From Eledone cirrhosa (lineage: Eukaryota), in contig OZ024743.1 in assembly GCA_964016885.1 (NCBI GenBank), forward strand, positions 45,818,001 through 45,882,000: DNA of 64,000 bases, read 5' to 3'. This document shows positions 50,798 through 63,915 of this stretch, in pieces. The translations under genes were made by a program, and so were the position numbers. Below the pieces are notes generated by a model. It made no database searches. It was not told the DNA's origin and saw nothing but the letters and a program-made list of their open reading frames with translations. How positions within the stretch are numbered: position 1 is the first letter of the stretch; every line of letters begins with the position of its first letter.

Positions 50798-50891
50798 TAG
50801 GGTATTCCCAAAAAATGTATACACTCTTTGATGACCTATACAGGCAATATTTATTAGAATGCTGTTGAAGTGTGTGTACATTTTTGGGGAC

Positions 50892-50897
<6 letters not shown>
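50798..50897. mobile_element. ~100-bp Tc1/mariner-type MITE
   Basis: TIRs agggtattcccaaaaaatgtatacac / gtgtgtacatttttggggacacct. Second copy at 36197. Confidence 0.6.
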
Positions 50898-50927
<30 letters not shown>

Positions 50928-51023
50928 TCTTATGGTAGCGTCCATAGGCGGTATGCCGGTCCAAGATGCGTCCATAGGCGGTATGCCGGTTGAGCACTCT
51001 ATGCTCCTACGGAGCAGAGTATG

Positions 51024-51175
51024 ATAAAATGGAAAACGAAAAATCAGTGATGCATCAGAACTCAATGTATTACGTGTTGGATACCCACACAGAACGAACC
51101 TAGAGCTCTTCGCCGGGGAAACAATTATAATACGTAATAAATTGAGTTCCGATGCATCACTGATTCTTCGTTTTC

Positions 51176-51183
<8 letters not shown>
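51024..51183. repeat. Fold-back with ~53-bp arms, between (TA)n tracts
   Basis: ataaaatggaaaacga...attacgt / acgtaat...tcgttttccattttat. Confidence 0.85.
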
Positions 51184-51214
<31 letters not shown>

Positions 51215-51229
51215 GGAACGATCGACTTT

Positions 51230-51428
51230 CGTAAAATCGGACCGAGGGAACAATGTTTCCGTTGGTCTTTCCAATTGCTAATACTATCTATGGGTCGCAA
51301 CTCCAGGTAGAAGGAGCAACGTGAAATAAAGTGTCTTGCTCAAGGACATAACGCATCGCCTGGTCCAGGAATCGAACTCACAACCTTACGATTGCGAATC
51401 CAATTCTCTAACCACTCCGCCACACGCC
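51230..51428 (-). mobile_element. tRNA-derived SINE family 2
   Basis: Minus strand: ggcgtgtggcggagtggttag...gagttcgattcctggacc...tccttgagcaagacactttatttcacgttgctcc. Confidence 0.8.
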
Positions 51429-51617
51429 TATAAAATAAAATAAAATAAAATAAAATAAAATAAAATAAAATAAAATAAAATAAAATAAAATAAAATAAAA
51501 TAAAATAAAATAAAATAAAATAAAATAAAATAAAATAAAATAAAATAAAATAAAATAAAATAAAATAAAATAAAATAAAATAAAATAAAATAAAATAAAA
51601 TAAAATAAAATAAAATA
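51429..51617. repeat. (TAAAA)n pentanucleotide microsatellite
   Basis: Perfect tandem repeat. Confidence 0.98.
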
Positions 51618-51649
51618 AGTCAAATGTTTAAAATTTGGCTTCGTTTATT

Positions 51650-51704
51650 ACTGCTTTATATATTTCGGTGACAGCCATCTTTGGCTGTGACCTCTTCAAG
51701 TAGT
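51650..51704 (-). ncRNA. Decayed type I hammerhead, homolog of 21135-21189
   Basis: ACUAC-UUGAAGA-GGUCACAGCCA aaga UGGCUGUCACC-GAAA-UAUAUA-AA-GCAGU. C3 and U16.1 are mutated. Confidence 0.65.
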
Positions 51705-51896
51705 CCGAATTAGTGTGGTAGAGACGAGTACACATGTTGAGATGTTTAACTTTGTCAATACTCTGATATGCCCAGTTCCTGGTTGGGTTGTTACTTCACT
51801 GTGGAACTGTACTCCGGAGTAACCAAACCAACCAGCGCACTTCGTCGAGTGTTCCAATCTGCATACTGAGGTGTTGGTATACAACCAACATATACT

Positions 51897-51972
<76 letters not shown>

Positions 51973-52893
51973 CAAATATTGAAAACAATGAAATTAAACA
52001 AAATACGGGTAATTCATAGTAAAACTCATTATTTTACGATCGTTTCTGTGGGGTAGTTCTTTGTATGTTCATTCTATTAGTGATCTATGTAAAATATATT
52101 ACAAATTATCAAAGTAAGAAAATATGCATACGTCTTCCCTACCCGCCGACTTCAGAAATAATTTTCTACTTTAGGCACAAGGCCAGCAATTACCCAGAAA
52201 TAATGAGTTTTGTTTATTGAAGAATATAAAAACATGTATGAATAAGTAACCTTTTAAGAACAGGGTTGAGATTGACCAATAGTAACAATAGGAAGGGGCA
52301 ATATAGATCATTAAGCTGGTAGTAGTAGATGAATAAATTAGCAGTCAGGGGATGAGGTATCGAATGACTTTTAAGAAAAGAAAAGAAAGTTGCGAGTGTA
52401 AAGGAATTTAGACAGATTGTATAGAAAAGTGTGGACGGTCAAGGAAGATTAAAGTTGGAGGAAAAGGGGTGCAGATATCAGTATGTCATATCTAGTAGAA
52501 TAGTATAGAACAATCCTAAATATTTGTTATTTCTTTGTTCAAGAGGAATAATTTGTTATAAAAATAGAACAAGTAGAGGAATATAGATGGAACCAAAGAA
52601 AAGTAAAATTTAGATTAAAAAATTATATAGGTAAGAAAATAATATAATTTGTGTAAGTATTGTATTGTGTTAGAGTGGTTAGAATGAAGTTTTACCTGTA
52701 GGGAATTTTATTTTCGAATAAGAAATCTCATTAATAATCTGGTTTTCTTAATAGGTTTAAATGTATGTCTGTTAAAGTTTTGTTAGAGTGTTGAATATAA
52801 TGTAATATATAGTGGTCATTAATAGTTAATTATTTAAAACAGTTATAAGGATGAGATATAGGATTGAATATATGGATTAATTCTAATAGCAAA

Positions 52894-52981
<88 letters not shown>

Positions 52982-53065
52982 ATAATAATAAATTTGAAGA
53001 CTAAAATCCAAAGAGGGCTCGATAAGGTTAATATATATATCAGATATATAAGAACCGTAGAGTAA

Positions 53066-53316
53066 ATATTTATTAAAACAGCAGATTAAAGTTTAAGCAA
53101 AGAATCGTTGCTTTCACCCTTATTATCTTCGTTTTTTTTCGTTCTTTGCCAGGGAACGTTTCCACGAACCAAAGTATCGTCTTCCTGTCTTCCTTAGGTT
53201 GCAACGTTTCTTGAAATATTTACTTCTGCATTCACAGATTGACTTTTTTAGTTTCAGAAGATCCCGTTAAGAGTGAAAGCAGCGATTCTTTGCTTAAACT
53301 TTAATCTGTTATTTTA

Positions 53317-53325
<9 letters not shown>
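53066..53325. repeat. Fold-back with ~53-bp arms; its spacer is homologous to 63860-64000
   Basis: atatttattaaaa...gctttcac / gtgaaagc...ttttaataaatat. The spacer ggaacgtttccacgaaccaaagtatcgtcttcctgt recurs at the window end. Confidence 0.85.
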
Positions 53326-53398
<73 letters not shown>

Positions 53399-53419
53399 CT
53401 GTGTGTGTGGGGGGGGGGG

Positions 53420-54460
<1,041 letters not shown>

Positions 54461-54802
54461 GTGTGTATATATATATACGTATATGTATGTGTATGTATAT
54501 GTGTGTGTGTATTTATGTGGTTGTGTTTGTATGTGTGTGTGTATGTGTATATACATGTATATGTGTATATATATATATATATGTATATGTATGTGTGTAT
54601 GTATATGCATAATTACATACAGTCTTTTAATACTTATTTTCATTGATCATTTGCTCTAGGAACTTGTTGGGTGCTCTAAATCAGCTATAAACATTTAGAC
54701 CCTTTTCTAATTATTTTTTTATTTATTATTTGTCGTATTCCCAACTTTTTATTTTTATATATACAATATTTATGTTTTTTATATATATAATAATGTTTTT
54801 CT

Positions 54803-54929
<127 letters not shown>

Positions 54930-54999
54930 ATATGTGTGTGTGTATATGTATATTGTGTGTGTAGGTGTATATATATATATGTATATGTATGTGTATATA

Positions 55000-56587
55000 C
55001 AGTGCCCCGCAAAAGTTTACAACACATTAGGAAAAATGCGGTTTTAGGTATTTTTAATAAAGTTAGGGTAATGAAAATTTAACTACCGATAGAACATGAG
55101 GCATTTAATGATACAGTCATATTTTTTTTAAAATAACAAGGAAATAACTCATGAAGAAAAATCAATATTTTTATAACGCAAAAGTTTACAACACATTTAT
55201 TAAATCATCTCTTAATATTTCGTAGCCTAACCTTTGTTGCTAATTACAGCCTGTAAGCATTTGGAGTAGCTTCTTGCATGTTTCTTGGCTAATATTTATC
55301 CATTCTTCACAACAAATTTTCTTTAGTTCAGGGATATTTTGGGGTTTCCTTTTTTGAATTCTCTCCACAAATTTTCGATCGGGTTAAGATCTGGAGACTG
55401 ACATGGCCATTTTAGAACATTTATTCCATTCGTACTTAACCAACATTGTGTTAGCTTTGCAGTATGCTTTGGATTGTTATCTTGTTGAAAAAACCAACCT
55501 GGCTTTAAGCTGAGAGAATGTGCACTTTGATGTAAATTCCTTTGCAAAATACCTCTATAATAAACGCCACCCATTCTTCCTTCTATTATTTCAATATTTC
55601 CTACACCTGTGGCACTAAAGCAACCCCAGACCATGACTGATCCACCTCCAAATTTTACAGTTGGAATAGTATTCTTCGGCGAATATTCAGTACCTTTCTT
55701 TCTCCAGACTTTGGCCACAGCATTTCGACCAAAAAGTTAAATTTTTGTTTCGTCCGACTAAAGTACATCTTCCTAAAATGACGCAGGTTTGATGAGATGC
55801 TCATTTGCAAAGTTTAATCGACGAAGAACGTGTTTCCTCGTAAGAAGTGGTGTTTTCCTTGGAGACCTCGAGCAGATATTATATCGACGAAGTGAACGAC
55901 TAATTGTATCTGTGCTCACTTTTACTCCACTTTCTTCTAGGTCATCCTGAAGATTTTTAAGAGTACACCGGGGTTCGTTGCCAACCTTTCTCGTCCATAA
56001 CCGAGCTGCACGTTCCGTTATCTTTCTAGGACAACCAGAACTAATTAGAGGACAGATGGAATGATGAGATTTCCAGTGACGAATTATTGTACCAACTAAA
56101 CTCAATAGCACATTTAACTGACAAGATATCTTTCTATAACCAACACCATTTGTATGAAGGTTTACAATGCGTTTACGGAGGTCTTCATCAATCAGTTTAT
56201 TTTTTCCCCATATTGTCAATGTTTACAGGACGGTTGTCAATGTTTGCAGGACTGTTGTCAGACAAATAATGACGTAATGTTTTTAATAGTCCTTAGAAGT
56301 TACCTTAAACCTAATCTAGAACATTCTACTGAATTTTAAATCTGAAAATTTAAGAATTTTCTTGAAAAAAAGTGATAAATATAAAATGTGTTGTAAACTT
56401 TTGCGTTATAAAAATATTGATTTTTCTTCATGAGTTATTTCCTTGTTATTTTTTTTAAAATATGATTGTATCATTAAATGCCTCATTATATGTTCTATCA
56501 GTAGTTAAATTTTCATTACCCTAACTTTATTAAAACTACCTAAAACTGCATTTTTCCTAATGTGTTGTAAACTTTTGCAGGGCACTG
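55000..56587 (-). mobile_element. Tc1 DNA transposon with ~200-bp IR/DR-type TIRs and TA target duplication
   Basis: TA|cagtgccccgcaaaagtttacaacacatt ... aatgtgttgtaaacttttgcagggcactg|TA. The 20-bp DR gcaaaagtttacaacacatt occurs twice per TIR. Confidence 0.95.
55210..56219 (-). pseudogene. Tc1 DD34E transposase (stops/frameshifts)
   Basis: Paired-like HTH, GCPRK, SDETK, GGGSVMVWGCFS, QQDNNPKH and SPDLNPIEN, with 34 residues between the second D and E. Confidence 0.92.
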
Positions 56588-57402
56588 TATATGTATATAT
56601 ATATATTTTAGAGTTAAACAAGGTTCATTGAATACATCTAAGAATGAGTTTTACACACATACATATGTGTGTGTTTGTATTTGTATGTATGTGTTTGTGA
56701 TATGTACGTATATGTATGTGTATGTATGTATGGATATGTATGTATATATATATATATATATATGTATATGTCTGTGTGTGTATATATATGTGTGTATGCG
56801 TATGTATTTGTATATGTAATTGTATATGTATGTGTATGTGTGAGAGTGTGTATGTATTTATGTTTACGTATGTATGTGTACGTGCAATTGTGTGTATTGC
56901 TTACCACGTGTGTTTGTTCGTTTATTTGTTGCCTGTATCGCTGTCAACACTATTATTCATTTTTATTCTTGTGACGGTATTTTTATTATTATATTTTTTC
57001 TTATAATTATTTGTGTGTATGAGTATGTAGGTGTGTGTACATATTTCTATATTTGTGCATGCGTATGTATGCGTGTATATATGTGTGTATCTATGTGTAT
57101 GTATGTACGTGTGTATATATGTATGATTGTGTGTATGTATGTATGTGTATATATATATGTATGTATATGTATGTATATATATATGTGTATATATATGTAT
57201 ATGTGTGAATGTATGTATATATATATGTTTTTATATATATTGTTATACTTTGGGAGGGTCATGTTGCCAATAAGAAACACACGCACCAGTTGCTTTCACT
57301 TCAATTTATTATATATTTATAAATTTATAAATTTACAAATCTACAAACTTATAAATTTCTGGTTGGTTGGTTGGTTCCACAACCAGATAGTTGTTTATAT
57401 AT

Positions 57403-57447
57403 AGTCATAGTCCTTTCGTCACACACTCTGTGACCTCTTCAGTGACT
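57403..57447 (-). ncRNA. Minimal type I hammerhead ribozyme in the PLE 3' region
   Basis: AGUCA-CUGAAGA-G(G)UCACA gag UGUGUGAC-GAAA-GGAC-UA-UGACU. Confidence 0.8.
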
Positions 57448-57677
57448 GGGGATTCCTTTCTTTGTTTCTGTGCCTTTCCTTTCTTCTATCCTACGCCATT
57501 TTGTTTCTGTGTGTGTGTTGTGTGCTCAGTTTGCGCATGCGCCACATCCGGGTGTCTGTGTGTGTTTGTGTTCATTTATCTATTTGTTTATTTATTTATT
57601 TATTTATTGTTGGTTGGTTGTTTGTTCTATGTGTGTGTGTGTTTTCATTTTGTCCTGTGTGTGTTTTCATTTTGTCC

Positions 57678-59400
57678 TTAATTGTAAGTTGTGATGTTGC
57701 TGTTCCACTCGTATTTTCTATTTAATTTTGGTTGTAATTCTTTTATGCTTACTGCCTCTGTAATTTGCCTAAACATTGCATCTTTTCTGTGTGTGGATTC
57801 TATTTTTATTTCTATGTTCTCTAATCTACCCCTGTGTTCTATCTTAGCATGTTGGTAGAGCACAGATGATTCTTTATTATCTTGAAGGTCTCGCCAGTGT
57901 TCATTTATTCGTTCCCCTATACTACGAGCTGTCTCACCTATGTACACTATATTTTTGTTTCTACATTGTCCTTCAGTACATCTTATGCTATACACTACAT
58001 TTCTAGTTTTACAGTTAATATGGGGGCTTATTTTACAGGTTATACATTTCCTATCTATACACGAGGGTCTTTGGAACGGGTATGTCTTGCTAATAAGTGT
58101 TTTTACGGAGGTACCTGGTCTTTCTACTATCTTAATATTGAGTTTATGTTTATTTAGGGCCCTTCTAAATTTGTAGGCTAGTTCGCCTCTAGGGGTTGTA
58201 TTGATGAACATTACACTCTGGTATTTATTGCTATCATACCATGAGTTTATTCTATTGGCCTTGTTCCTAGTTCTTTCTATTCTATTCCAAAAGTTGCTCC
58301 TATACAAGGGGTAGGTCCCATTTATGTCATTATTTACCATTTTTTCCCATTTGGTTCTGGCTCCTCTATACACTCTGATTCTATCTCTCTGATTGTAGCC
58401 AGAGAACTGCATACGGTGGATGAAGTGTTGTATGTGTCTCTCTAGTTCTTCGGGGTTGCACATGCGGGACACATTTCTCATCACACGTACCAAATCCGCA
58501 ATCAGTATGTTGATTTTGGTATGGTCCGAAATGGCCGAGTTTCGGTGGATCAGATGTTTGGAAGTCATGGGTTTGGCATAATGGGAATGGAGGATTTGTT
58601 TTTGGTTGTTAATGATATCTAACCAGAGCTCTGTGTCTAGTACAGGTAATCGATGGTTGGGGTGTCTACTTGGGTAGTCTATAGTAACTCTAATGCTCTG
58701 GTGGATGGAGTTTGCTATTTGCTGGATGCTTTCCATTGTGTTTTTCTCTAGTTCCTGACTGTCCTTTAGTGGGGGTGTCTTAACTACGATGTTTATATCA
58801 TCTACGTAGCGGGAGTACATTATCAGGGTTAAGCTGTCTTCTAATTGTTCTTTAAGTTTTTGTTTAAGTCTACTGTCCCACCATACCATGAATAAGTTAG
58901 CTATGTTGCCTGCAATGCTAACACCAATGGCTGCTCCTTCCTCTTGGGCATATGTTTTACCATTAAATTTGAACATATTTTCCTTAAGGGTTAATTTTAT
59001 GCTGGCCCCTACCGCATGTGCAATCATTTTCTTCAGTTCATCGTGGTTTTCGGGTGTCCGTATGGCTCTGGTCCACCCGTTCCATCTATCTGTGTGGGTT
59101 TTCTTGGCCATTGAGGTAATGGTAGGTGGTCTGCCTCTTGCTGGTCTTGTAGGGCACAGGTTGCTAAGGTCATACGTATCTAGATAATCATTACTATAAG
59201 TAAGTTTAAGTAGGAGTCCCAGCTCACTGGTATCAATCCCACGGAATTCAACATTGCTCTCGCTGATCATTTCTACGCATTTCTCCACACCAAAATCCAC
59301 GTCAATAGATGGATACAGGGACACAACATCCATACTGCCTATTATGCAGTTTGTTAGGTCCCCAGATCGGTTACCCGCGCCGATTCTGCTGAGGAGGTCC
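57678..59400 (-). CDS. PLE reverse transcriptase + GIY-YIG endonuclease (N-truncated; the first ~105 aa of the 680-aa track ORF are microsatellite)
   Basis: SMDVVSLYPSI, GAAIGVSIAGNIANLFM, SRYVDD, LPVLD, C....C..C, NVVYSIRC, YIGETARS...R..EH, RQITEA, PKLN. Confidence 0.85.
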
Positions 59401-59461
59401 TCATATATATATATATATATGCATGTATATGTGGAGGTCCTCATATACATATATATATGCA

Positions 59462-59514
<53 letters not shown>

Positions 59515-59821
59515 ATGTTTGTGTATTTGTATGTATGTGTATGTATGGATATATTGATAATTATGTGTATATGCATGTATATATATATATGTATGTGTAT
59601 GTATATATATACACATATATATGTGTGTGTGTGTATATGTGTGTGTGTATGTATGTGTGTATGTATATATATATATATGTGTGTATGTATATAATTGTGT
59701 GTATGTGTGTGCGTGTGCATGTGTGTTTATGTTTCCTTTCCTTCTTCCTTTTCCAGCCTCACTTTCATTTAAATTATATTTTTGTTTTTAAAATCCAATG
59801 CCAATAAATACACTAGGATTT

Positions 59822-59882
59822 TTTCATTCTGATGATTGAAAGCAAAATTTGTTTGCTTTTAAGAAACCACTGGTAAATGAAA
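59822..59882 (+). ncRNA. Type I hammerhead ribozyme (unit 1)
   Basis: UUUCAUU-CUGAUGA-UUGAAAGCAAA...UUUGCUUUUAA-GAAA-CC acu GG-UA-AAUGAAA. Confidence 0.88.
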
Positions 59883-59950
59883 TAACTATTAAGCTCTGTT
59901 ACCTACATAGAGCACTCTTTTTTTCTGGTCCTTTCCGACGGAATTACTTC

Positions 59951-59998
<48 letters not shown>

Positions 59999-60121
59999 GT
60001 GTGTGTGTGTTTGTGTATTTGTATGTATGTGTATGCATGGATATGTTGATATATATGTGTGTATGTATGTGTATGTATATGTATATGTATGTGTATTTGT
60101 ACGTGGATGTATATGTGTATG

Positions 60122-60196
<75 letters not shown>

Positions 60197-60367
60197 ATAT
60201 GTATGTATATATATATGTGTATGTATATATGTGTGTGTATGTAATTGTGTGTATGTGTGTGTGCATGTGTGTTTATTTTTCCTTTCCTTCTTCCTTTTCC
60301 AGCCTCACTTTCATATACATTATATTTTTGTTTTTAAAATCCAATGTCAATAAATACACCAGGATTT

Positions 60368-60428
60368 TTTCATTCTGATGATTGAAAGCAAAATTTGTTT
60401 GCTTTCAAGAAACCACTGGTAAATGAAA
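60368..60428 (+). ncRNA. Type I hammerhead ribozyme (unit 2)
   Basis: Same fold as unit 1, with a perfect 11-bp helix II (G-C where unit 1 has G-U). Confidence 0.9.
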
Positions 60429-60524
60429 TAATTGCCTTATGTTGTTTATTCCATAACTATTAAGCTCTGTAACCTACATAGAGCACTCTTTTTTCCTGGA
60501 CCTTTCCGACGGAATTACTTCATT

Positions 60525-60566
<42 letters not shown>

Positions 60567-60568
60567 TA

Positions 60569-62427
60569 CAGTGGCGTAGCTAGGATAAATGGCGCCCAGA
60601 GCAAGCATCAAAATTGCCCCCCACCCCCAACATTATTTGAATGCTGATTCGCAAATTGGGACAAACACATTCATCGCCGTATTGTATGATGAATTGGAGA
60701 AGTGCCTCCGGCTTTAAAATTGGGTCAGCTGTCCTAGTAACCAGCAAAGATCGGCAGTCCAAGATTTCCTCATACAATTGCTCTCCGTCGATGTCGGAGT
60801 TGTATAGTTCCGCACCTTTGTTTAAGAACAAGGTTTGAAGACGATTGTGTGAACTTTGCATTGCTCTCTCTATCTCTTTTCTGGCAGCCACCTTGACGTC
60901 CTCAGTAATTTCGGTATTGGTTTGTCGTCTTCCTCGCCTCCTCGGAAAATCGACATTCCATTTCTGGCAGAGGTCGAAGCCCATTTCAAGAGACTCGTGG
61001 ATTAAGGATGTTCCTTCTTCTTTAAAATAAAGTTGAAGGGCTCCTATATCAGCTGCAGCATCGTGAAAATTCATTCTTGGATCTTGAAGTCTCTTTTGAA
61101 CCCCGTCAATTCGTGAGAGAATCGTGTTCCAGAATCTAATTAAGTTCAGGAATTCATAACTCAGTATCCGATTATGGAGATTACTGGCATCACTTCTACT
61201 CTCGCATGTCTCTGTTTCATCATCACTAATTTCTTTCGAGAACTTGAACAATCAGCGTCAAATAATTCGCCACCGGTCTGATTGCGGTACATCTAGCACT
61301 CCACCGCGTGTCGGAAGGATATTTAACAACCACTGGAGCAACTTCTTTAAGGGCTTACCATCGTCGTGTTGAACGAGAGAAAAGGTTGTATAACGAGTCA
61401 ATGTAACTGAAAAAGTTAATCATAGCAGAATCGTTTTTGGCTGCATGAAGACCAGCCAGTGTAAGTGAATGGTTATCGCAATTAACGAAGTGAATCAAAT
61501 TATTCTTCTCTCTCATTCTCTGCTGAACCCCACTACTGCGCTGCCCAACCATTATGGCAGCATTGTCGTAGCACTGCGATCGACAGTTCTGTAGTGGTAG
61601 GTCATCTTTTTCTAGCTCTTTCACGGTTGTTTCAACAAGGCTTGCAGCATCTTTTTTGATTACTTGAATGAATCCAAGAAAAGATTACCTCACAACGACA
61701 GTCTTCATATTGAAATCAACATCGACATATCGCACAACTTTCGACAGTTGTTCTCGGCGCGCCTGGTCAGGGGTCGAATCAATCAGCAGACCATAGTATC
61801 TTGCTTTTTGGATACGATTTAGTAAATTCTGACGAACTGTATTATAGAAGAAAACATTGAACAATCTAAACTGGAGTCAAATTGAATTCCTAATAGAAGC
61901 TATCCGATCCTATCTGGCCATTTGGATTATGATACCTTTTCTATACGTCTTATGTACCAGTTGTAAAAGACAAACTACTCTGTTTTGTAAACCAGCTTCA
62001 TAATTATAATTATCTTGTATTGGTCATTGCAATACATTGCTAAAAATAGCGCCTGCGTGTCCACCAGTTGCACGTCCAAAACTACGTTCGTGTGTGTGAG
62101 GGGGGGGCGGTTTTGTGAGGTCAAGTGAGGTATCCGCTGTTTTGCAATGTATAGCTAAAAATAGCGCCCGCATAATTGCAACCCACCCTGCTGTCAGTGT
62201 GGAGGGGGGGGGGCGTTTTTCTGAAGTCAAATCAGACATCTGCTCTGTCTAATGCACTAGTCATGGCGTGGAAGTCGGCTATCAAGAAATCACATGCTTC
62301 CTTTTGGCTCATATTTTTAAAAATGATAAAAACGACATGGATGTAAATCGATCTAGGTCGAAATTGCGCCCCCCTAAATGTGGCGCCCGTGGCATGTGCC
62401 CTGCTTGCCACACCCTAGCTACGCCAC

Positions 62428-62429
<2 letters not shown>
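60569..62429 (-). mobile_element. hAT DNA transposon (ZMYM1/Tip100-like), internally deleted
   Basis: 16-bp TIRs cagtggcgtagctagg / cctagctacgccactg with an 8-bp TSD (catatata) on both sides. Transposase remnants: IDSTPD...EQLS.VVRYVD, QCYDNAA, NCDNHSL, SDTRWS. Confidence 0.93.
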
Positions 62430-62474
<45 letters not shown>

Positions 62475-62825
62475 CGGCGATGAATTAGTTTTGCGAGGTT
62501 TTTTATATGAAATCGTGTGTCGAAACAAATATGAGTGTGTTCTGTTATTAATTCTGGCAATATTACACAAATATGACCCTCCCCAAGTATAACAATATAT
62601 ATATATATAAAGAATTAATATCTAGTAACATATATATACATACAGATGCATATCAATGCTAGCAAATATATAGGTTTTGTCTTAGTAACTTTGTGGTTCA
62701 ATGCATGGGGTTGCAGAACAATAATATGAGACGTAAAATAAGAAAATTATAAAATTAACTTACTTACTATTTTTTAATAAGTTTCCAGTGTCCACGCTTT
62801 GCCTGGATACTTAGATGAGAATAGA

Positions 62826-62905
62826 CCTCCCTGACGACGGAATGCTTCTCTGTATCTTCTTCGGAAAATATATTTATTCCATTCCAGAAACTAATTAGTT
62901 GGAAG
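62826..62905 (+). ncRNA. Type I hammerhead ribozyme with a large loop II
   Basis: UCC-CUGACGA-cGGAAUG...CAUUCCa-GAAA-CUAAUUAG-UU-GGA. Confidence 0.7.
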
Positions 62906-63341
62906 TGATATTTTAGTAAGTAAGTTAATTTTATAATTTTCTTATTTTACGTCTCATATTATTGTTCTGCAACCCCATGCATTGAACCACAAAGTTACTA
63001 AGACAAAACCTATATATTTGCTAGCATTGATATGCATCTGTATGTATATATATGTTACTAGATATTAATTCTTTATAATTATCTCCAAATTATTTGTCGA
63101 GCAATATTGGCCATGACTGCTGCTATGGCAGCAGGCCGCTGTCTTATTAGCAAACCACTTTCCACTGATTGACCTCGATGTCACGTGATTGATTCTTTTT
63201 GAATTTGCCACCGACGCAGAGGCAGTGATGTTCTCAATGGCTAGGAATTCAGTCCACGCTTTGCTATTTCCTATCCACTGAATTATTTTTAAATAAGTTT
63301 CCAGTGTCCACGCTTTGTCTGGATACTTAGATGAGAATAGA

Positions 63342-63421
63342 CCTCCCTAACGACGGAATGCTTCTCTGTATCTTCTTCGGAAAATATATTTATTCCATTC
63401 CAGATACTAATTAGTTGGAAG
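63342..63421 (+). ncRNA. Mutated second copy of the 62826 hammerhead
   Basis: Same helices, but the core reads CUAACGA and GAUA. Confidence 0.55.
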
Positions 63422-63467
63422 TGATATTTTAGTAAGTAAGTTAATTTTATAATTTTCTTATTTTACG

Positions 63468-63559
<92 letters not shown>

Positions 63560-63639
63560 TTAATTTCAATTACCTCTGTATTTTATTTACTTTATTCTTA
63601 ACTCTGAAGCCGAGAATCATTCGGTTTCCTAGTTCAAAT

Positions 63640-63915
63640 TTTAGTCTACGACTTCAGTTATACCATTTACGTCGTTTTGTCTGCGTGCAATTGTTCTCCC
63701 CGCTTCACATATGACGTATTATCTTCGTTTTTTTCGTTCATTGCCAGAGAAAGTCTCTATGAACCACCTAATAGAATATTAGTCTACGACTTCTTTTATA
63801 CCATAAACGTGGTTTTGTCTTTGTGTGTAATTGTTTTTCACTGCTCCAAATAATGACGTATTATATTCGTTTTTTCCCGTTCTTTGCCAAGGAACGTTTC
63901 CACGAACCAAAGTAT
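63640..63915 (+). repeat. Diverged ~137-bp tandem duplication
   Basis: ttagtctacgacttc...atgacgtattat.ttcgttttt occurs twice. Confidence 0.75.

Larger units (their letters stand above)
57290..59400 (-). mobile_element. Penelope-like element, 5'-truncated, with an open RT-GIY-YIG frame
   Basis: Uninterrupted coding region with a 3' region containing a sense-strand HHR. Microsatellites lie on both sides. Confidence 0.9.
59450..60560 (+). repeat. Two tandem ~546-bp units, each made of microsatellite, unique core and a hammerhead
   Basis: tttcctttccttcttccttttccagcctcac...ctttccgacggaattacttcatt occurs twice. Confidence 0.88.
62609..63472 (+). mobile_element. Non-coding PLE-type/retrozyme-like element: inverted arm plus direct repeats with hammerheads
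   Basis: 62609-62770 is the reverse complement of 62913-63073. 62775-62955 repeats directly at 63292-63472. Flanked by (TA)n. Confidence 0.8.

Noticed and set aside
52200-52900. Highly decayed PLE RT on the minus strand (PLTANLFIYYYQ)
   Set aside because: Only one or two short motif-like scraps in AT-rich DNA. Not supportable without a profile search.
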